Positions 61,401-64,000 of a stretch of 64,000 bases of DNA are shown piece by piece. Both the position numbers and the translations under genes were made by a program. A model generated the notes under the pieces. That model saw only the letters and a list, made by a program, of their open reading frames with translations, did no database searches and had not been told where the DNA came from. This DNA comes from Obrimoposthia wandeli (taxonomy: Eukaryota): contig CDROCS010006891.1 of NCBI GenBank assembly GCA_977020255.1, forward strand, positions 1-64,000, written 5' to 3'. Numbering within the stretch: the stretch's first letter is position 1; each line of letters opens with the position of its first letter.

Positions 61401-64000
61401 CTTACTTAAATATAAGCTATGACCTAGCTTTACAATCTGGAGATCTAGCAACACTAGGCTACATTTGTGCTGTCAGAGGTAGTGATACTTTAGCACTAGG
61501 CACTAAACTTCAATCTGTACATACAACGTTAACAGATGATATCCAATTATTGAGTAAACATAAGCAGTTGGATATGAAGGATTGCGTTACAGTGGGTGCA
61601 CTACAGTCAGTAAAAGCACTATTGGGCTTGACCGATTGTATCGATAGTTTTGATGATGATAATTTTTGTGAAGACAATTTCCTTCAATGCTACGATAAAG
61701 CCCCCTTACATTTAGCTTATTTTTATAATGCTAAACTGCGTCATGCATATTTAACAAATGTTCCGGAAAAAATACAATTAGCATTATTGGAAAAAATAGA
61801 TTTAATTTCTGCATCTGTTCCAGGGCAAAACAAGATTCCAGAATCAACTTTTTTTGCGGCACTTATTGCTCTAAGATTTGCCAAAACGGCAAAAGATCCT
61901 TTGTTTATAATGGCCCAAAGCAAACTGATTATGTTTGAACAATGGTCAGAAGTTTGTCCGCATAATTATTTACATAAATATTTACTTTTAAAAGCAGAAT
62001 CAGCCAGAGTCAGCGGTAATGACACGCAAGTAGTTAATTTATACAGTAGTGCAATTGAAGAGGCCTCTAATAGCGGCTTTAATAATGTGCTCGCAATCGC
62101 AAATGAGTGTTTTGCTGATTATTGGTATCACCAAGATAAGTATGTGTTGGCTAAAACCTTCATCACCGCCTCATATCAAGAATACAAGCAATGGGGTGCT
62201 ATTGGGAAATTGCAGCAATTAAGAGAGTATTGGTCAAAGGTTAATTTCATTGATGATAAATCTTTTGATGGTGAAGATAAGCAGCAAGATCCTATAAACT
62301 TACAAACAGTTCAAGATATCAATCATTTGATATCTAGTGAAATACATTTAGATAGTTTACTTGAAAAGCTAATGTTAATCTTGTTGAGAAACGCCGGTGC
62401 CGTCTGGGGGGCGTTAATACAAACTAATGATAATTGCAAAGAATTATGGTTAGAAGCTGCCGGAGATAAAGAACATATCGGCGTACTATTACATCAATCT
62501 TTAGCTGATACGGCAACCCAACAAGAAGTTCCTGAAAGTATTGTACGACATGTAATAAACACCAAAGAACTCTGTATTATTAACAGACCTTTTGAACACC
62601 TTGAGTTTTCTCATGATATCTATTTTCAGCGAAAATTTCCTTTAACTGTAGCGGGGTTACCCGTTGTACATCAGGGGAAAATAATAGCCGTTGTATATTT
62701 AGAAAATGACTTAATCGAAAATGCTTTCAGTCAAGAGCATATTTCTTTGTTGAATGTAATTGCCTCCCAGGCCGCCATATCACTGTCACATGCTTTTCTA
62801 TATAAAAATTTAGAAGAGAGAGTAGTAGTGAGGACAAAAGCCCTAGCAGCTGCGAAATTAAAGGCAGAGGAATCGACCGTAGCTAAGTCAAATTTCTTGG
62901 CTAATATGAGTCATGAAATACGTACGCCAATGAATGCTGTTATAGGATTGAATAGTTTATTTAAAAGGACACCTTTGTCTCTAGAGCAACAAGATTATGT
63001 CAATAAAATAGCTGATGCATCTGAATCTTTATTAGGTTTGATCAATAATATTTTGGACTTTTCAAAAATTGAGGCGCAAAAATTATCTCTAGAGAAAATT
63101 AAGTTCAATTTAGAAGAGGTGTTGCAAAAAATAACCGCTATTTGCGGACAGAAGATACACGAGAAAGAATTAGAATTCATTATTGAAATTGATCGTAATG
63201 TGCCACTTGAGTTGGTTGGTGACCCTTTGAGGTTACAGCAAGTATTGACCAATTTAATTAATAATGCAGTTAAATTTACTGAACAAGGTTTCATTAAACT
63301 ATCAATACATTCTAGTTTAGAAATGAACAACAATTATGAACTTGTTTTTGATATAACCGATACGGGTATTGGAATAGGACAAGAAGAACAAAAACGATTA
63401 TTTACTTCTTTTTATCAAGTAGACGCTTCTATTACCAGAAAATATGGTGGTACTGGCTTAGGCCTTGCGATCAGTAAAGAAATAATCCAGTTAATGGGGG
63501 GCGACTTGCAAGTTGCAAGTGTTAAAGGTGAAGGTTCTTGCTTTACGTTTAATGCACAGTTTATGTCCGAAAACATAACGGCAAATAAAACAAAAAATAT
63601 TAATCAAGTATTGCTGAGTAACTTGAATGTATTAGTTGTAGATGATAATGAAATTGCGATGCAAGTGGCATTGGATGTACTCACATCATTCGGTATTTCA
63701 GCAAAAGGTGACACGAGCGGGTTTGCCGCTTTGAAGAGCGTTGAAAAAGCCAATAGCATTAGAAAACCGTTCGATCTAATTATTATGGATTGGAAAATGC
63801 CGAAGCTAGATGGGATAGAGTCTTGTAAGAAAATAGCGGAAAAATCTAAACAGGCAACACCTTTTATTCTTATGGTATCGGCTTTTCAAAAAAATGAAGC
63901 GATGACTTTAGCAAATGATACAAATATTAAGCATTTTATAGAAAAGCCGCTAACAGCATCTTCACTAATTGATAGCATTAATACATTGATGTCGGGAACT
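58412..64000 (+). CDS. Hybrid Ser/Thr kinase-like / AAA ATPase / TPR-like / GAF / histidine kinase / receiver protein, over 1860 aa, 3' end outside window; not in the ORF track
   Basis: Same frame at every spot checked: HRNISP, YISPEQTGR, SDLYSLG, GYSGVGKS, DDLQWAD, GNPFY, GAF, FLANMSHEIRTPMN, NLINNAVKF, GGTGLGL, VVDDN, MDWKMP. Confidence 0.92.
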   Translation, partial: MIANYKVLEVLKSCNKASFVRACDEQGKTALVKYNKNMSSNRYMSGGLQSEYELIKSIDQSRVLSLQSFITQDYHSAIIYDDSDGELLGERLKKLTNLSQKLRIAIQISEAVHYLHTIDLLHRNISPNAFWVVQNDSELLIVDLSLATKFQQGEMSSINNTLIGRAAYISPEQTGRSNLPIDNRSDLYSLGATLYEVFSGQQIYADGEQDQLSIVYKQLTQKVTPLSEVDSSIAQKISEIVDRLLEKSPNNRYQSSFGLLQDLKRIEVEWLENSEISDFKIALKDSPETLQLSKNLYGREKQIAQLMAEFNSVISGKNRIILVSGYSGVGKSALIKEVEKPINQKKGLFATGKCDQFSTDQPYYAFSQALRLLLRQILNLHHDELARWKSIFQAQLGENFPLLIELIPELHAFSDNNITTPKELSTLANDHRFMTTFVLFINAFTAQETPLTIVLDDLQWADPASLKLIKELLDQSTHLMLIGTYRDNEVDQTHLLARTIRDLKSEKQCLTEIYLKPLSLSDIKRLLADSLWLTLDKVEQLATVCIEKTQGNPFYLNQFIKMLNEENLIVYSYEKGAWQWDQSAIEVVNVTSNVVDLMLKKLKKFPAENLEILKLAANLGNQFSLENLQKVACLSLQEVYKRLWPMISDGYILPENESNRFSSSEDSLSQASFIFLHDKVQQAAFQLIPESDVTQFKWQFGMKLLEGTPKENLESNLFQIVDQLNAGKDYASVDEKKIVVDLNLLAAQKAKRSSAFTYAQTNMLNAYSFAEELEYRDLEVFNTLAEVSYLIGDFERAEQLYIKAMNAAETALEIVSVIAIQTAQYQIQGRFSESIALQKRGLSVLGIQIPDNEKEIEAQYIEGFKSIDTFILTNSIDGLIDHYSMENDKQKAAMKLLMGMWYASYLCGQTPLNLLSTIIMTQLSLEHGHDDISPFAYVNYSLAIISVHSRYKEADQFGLLAVKLADVRNNKQIKASTYFLYATFTQHWNHSLQKTVPYLNISYDLALQSGDLATLGYICAVRGSDTLALGTKLQSVHTTLTDDIQLLSKHKQLDMKDCVTVGALQSVKALLGLTDCIDSFDDDNFCEDNFLQCYDKAPLHLAYFYNAKLRHAYLTNVPEKIQLALLEKIDLISASVPGQNKIPESTFFAALIALRFAKTAKDPLFIMAQSKLIMFEQWSEVCPHNYLHKYLLLKAESARVSGNDTQVVNLYSSAIEEASNSGFNNVLAIANECFADYWYHQDKYVLAKTFITASYQEYKQWGAIGKLQQLREYWSKVNFIDDKSFDGEDKQQDPINLQTVQDINHLISSEIHLDSLLEKLMLILLRNAGAVWGALIQTNDNCKELWLEAAGDKEHIGVLLHQSLADTATQQEVPESIVRHVINTKELCIINRPFEHLEFSHDIYFQRKFPLTVAGLPVVHQGKIIAVVYLENDLIENAFSQEHISLLNVIASQAAISLSHAFLYKNLEERVVVRTKALAAAKLKAEESTVAKSNFLANMSHEIRTPMNAVIGLNSLFKRTPLSLEQQDYVNKIADASESLLGLINNILDFSKIEAQKLSLEKIKFNLEEVLQKITAICGQKIHEKELEFIIEIDRNVPLELVGDPLRLQQVLTNLINNAVKFTEQGFIKLSIHSSLEMNNNYELVFDITDTGIGIGQEEQKRLFTSFYQVDASITRKYGGTGLGLAISKEIIQLMGGDLQVASVKGEGSCFTFNAQFMSENITANKTKNINQVLLSNLNVLVVDDNEIAMQVALDVLTSFGISAKGDTSGFAALKSVEKANSIRKPFDLIIMDWKMPKLDGIESCKKIAEKSKQATPFILMVSAFQKNEAMTLANDTNIKHFIEKPLTASSLIDSINTLMSGT

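Noticed and set aside
163-63333. Many 60-200 aa ORFs antisense to or overlapping real genes (e.g. 24894-25508, 27100-27525, 47569-47856, 53488-53691, 62995-63333)
   Set aside because: Shadow ORFs of well-supported genes on the other strand or frame; no motifs of their own

Overview
A 64 kb chromosomal window from a low-GC bacterium. Gene content suggests a marine gammaproteobacterium, Alteromonadales-like (inference only). It contains no rRNA, tRNA or CRISPR array. From left to right: (1) 1-6 kb is a C1/methylamine cluster (etfA end, purU, a sarcosine/dimethylglycine dehydrogenase-type gene, a DMT transporter, GST) riddled with small indels that look like long-read consensus errors. (2) 6-23 kb holds a PLP aminotransferase, an internally deleted amino-acid ABC ATPase, adhP, a DEAD-box helicase, a BaeSR-like two-component system followed by a secreted di-haem DHOR protein, an orphan TM+beta-barrel protein, a DddQ-like cupin, a LysR/ALDH/2OG-oxygenase module and a diguanylate cyclase. 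(3) 23-35 kb holds Fur/FNR-boxed feoAB with a Cys-rich partner, a higher-GC TetR/sterol-desaturase/hydrolase/DUF2141 cassette behind an IS6 stub, a Tat-exported intradiol dioxygenase, a CGNR protein and selO. (4) 36-49 kb is a convergent zinc-starvation island with three Zur boxes: Znu/Azt ABC, zevAB-like pair, Zn-free ribosomal L31/L36, a COG0523 GTPase, and an Opp/Nik-type importer plus EamA with no metallophore synthase. IS110, IS6 and IS200 relics flank it. (5) 52-64 kb holds a DUF1538-DUF1538-small ORF-PII-like-CBS operon, an MCP, and a >1860 aa kinase-like/AAA/GAF/HK/REC hybrid that runs off the window and is missing from the ORF track. Products are assigned from motifs recognised by eye; no database search was run.
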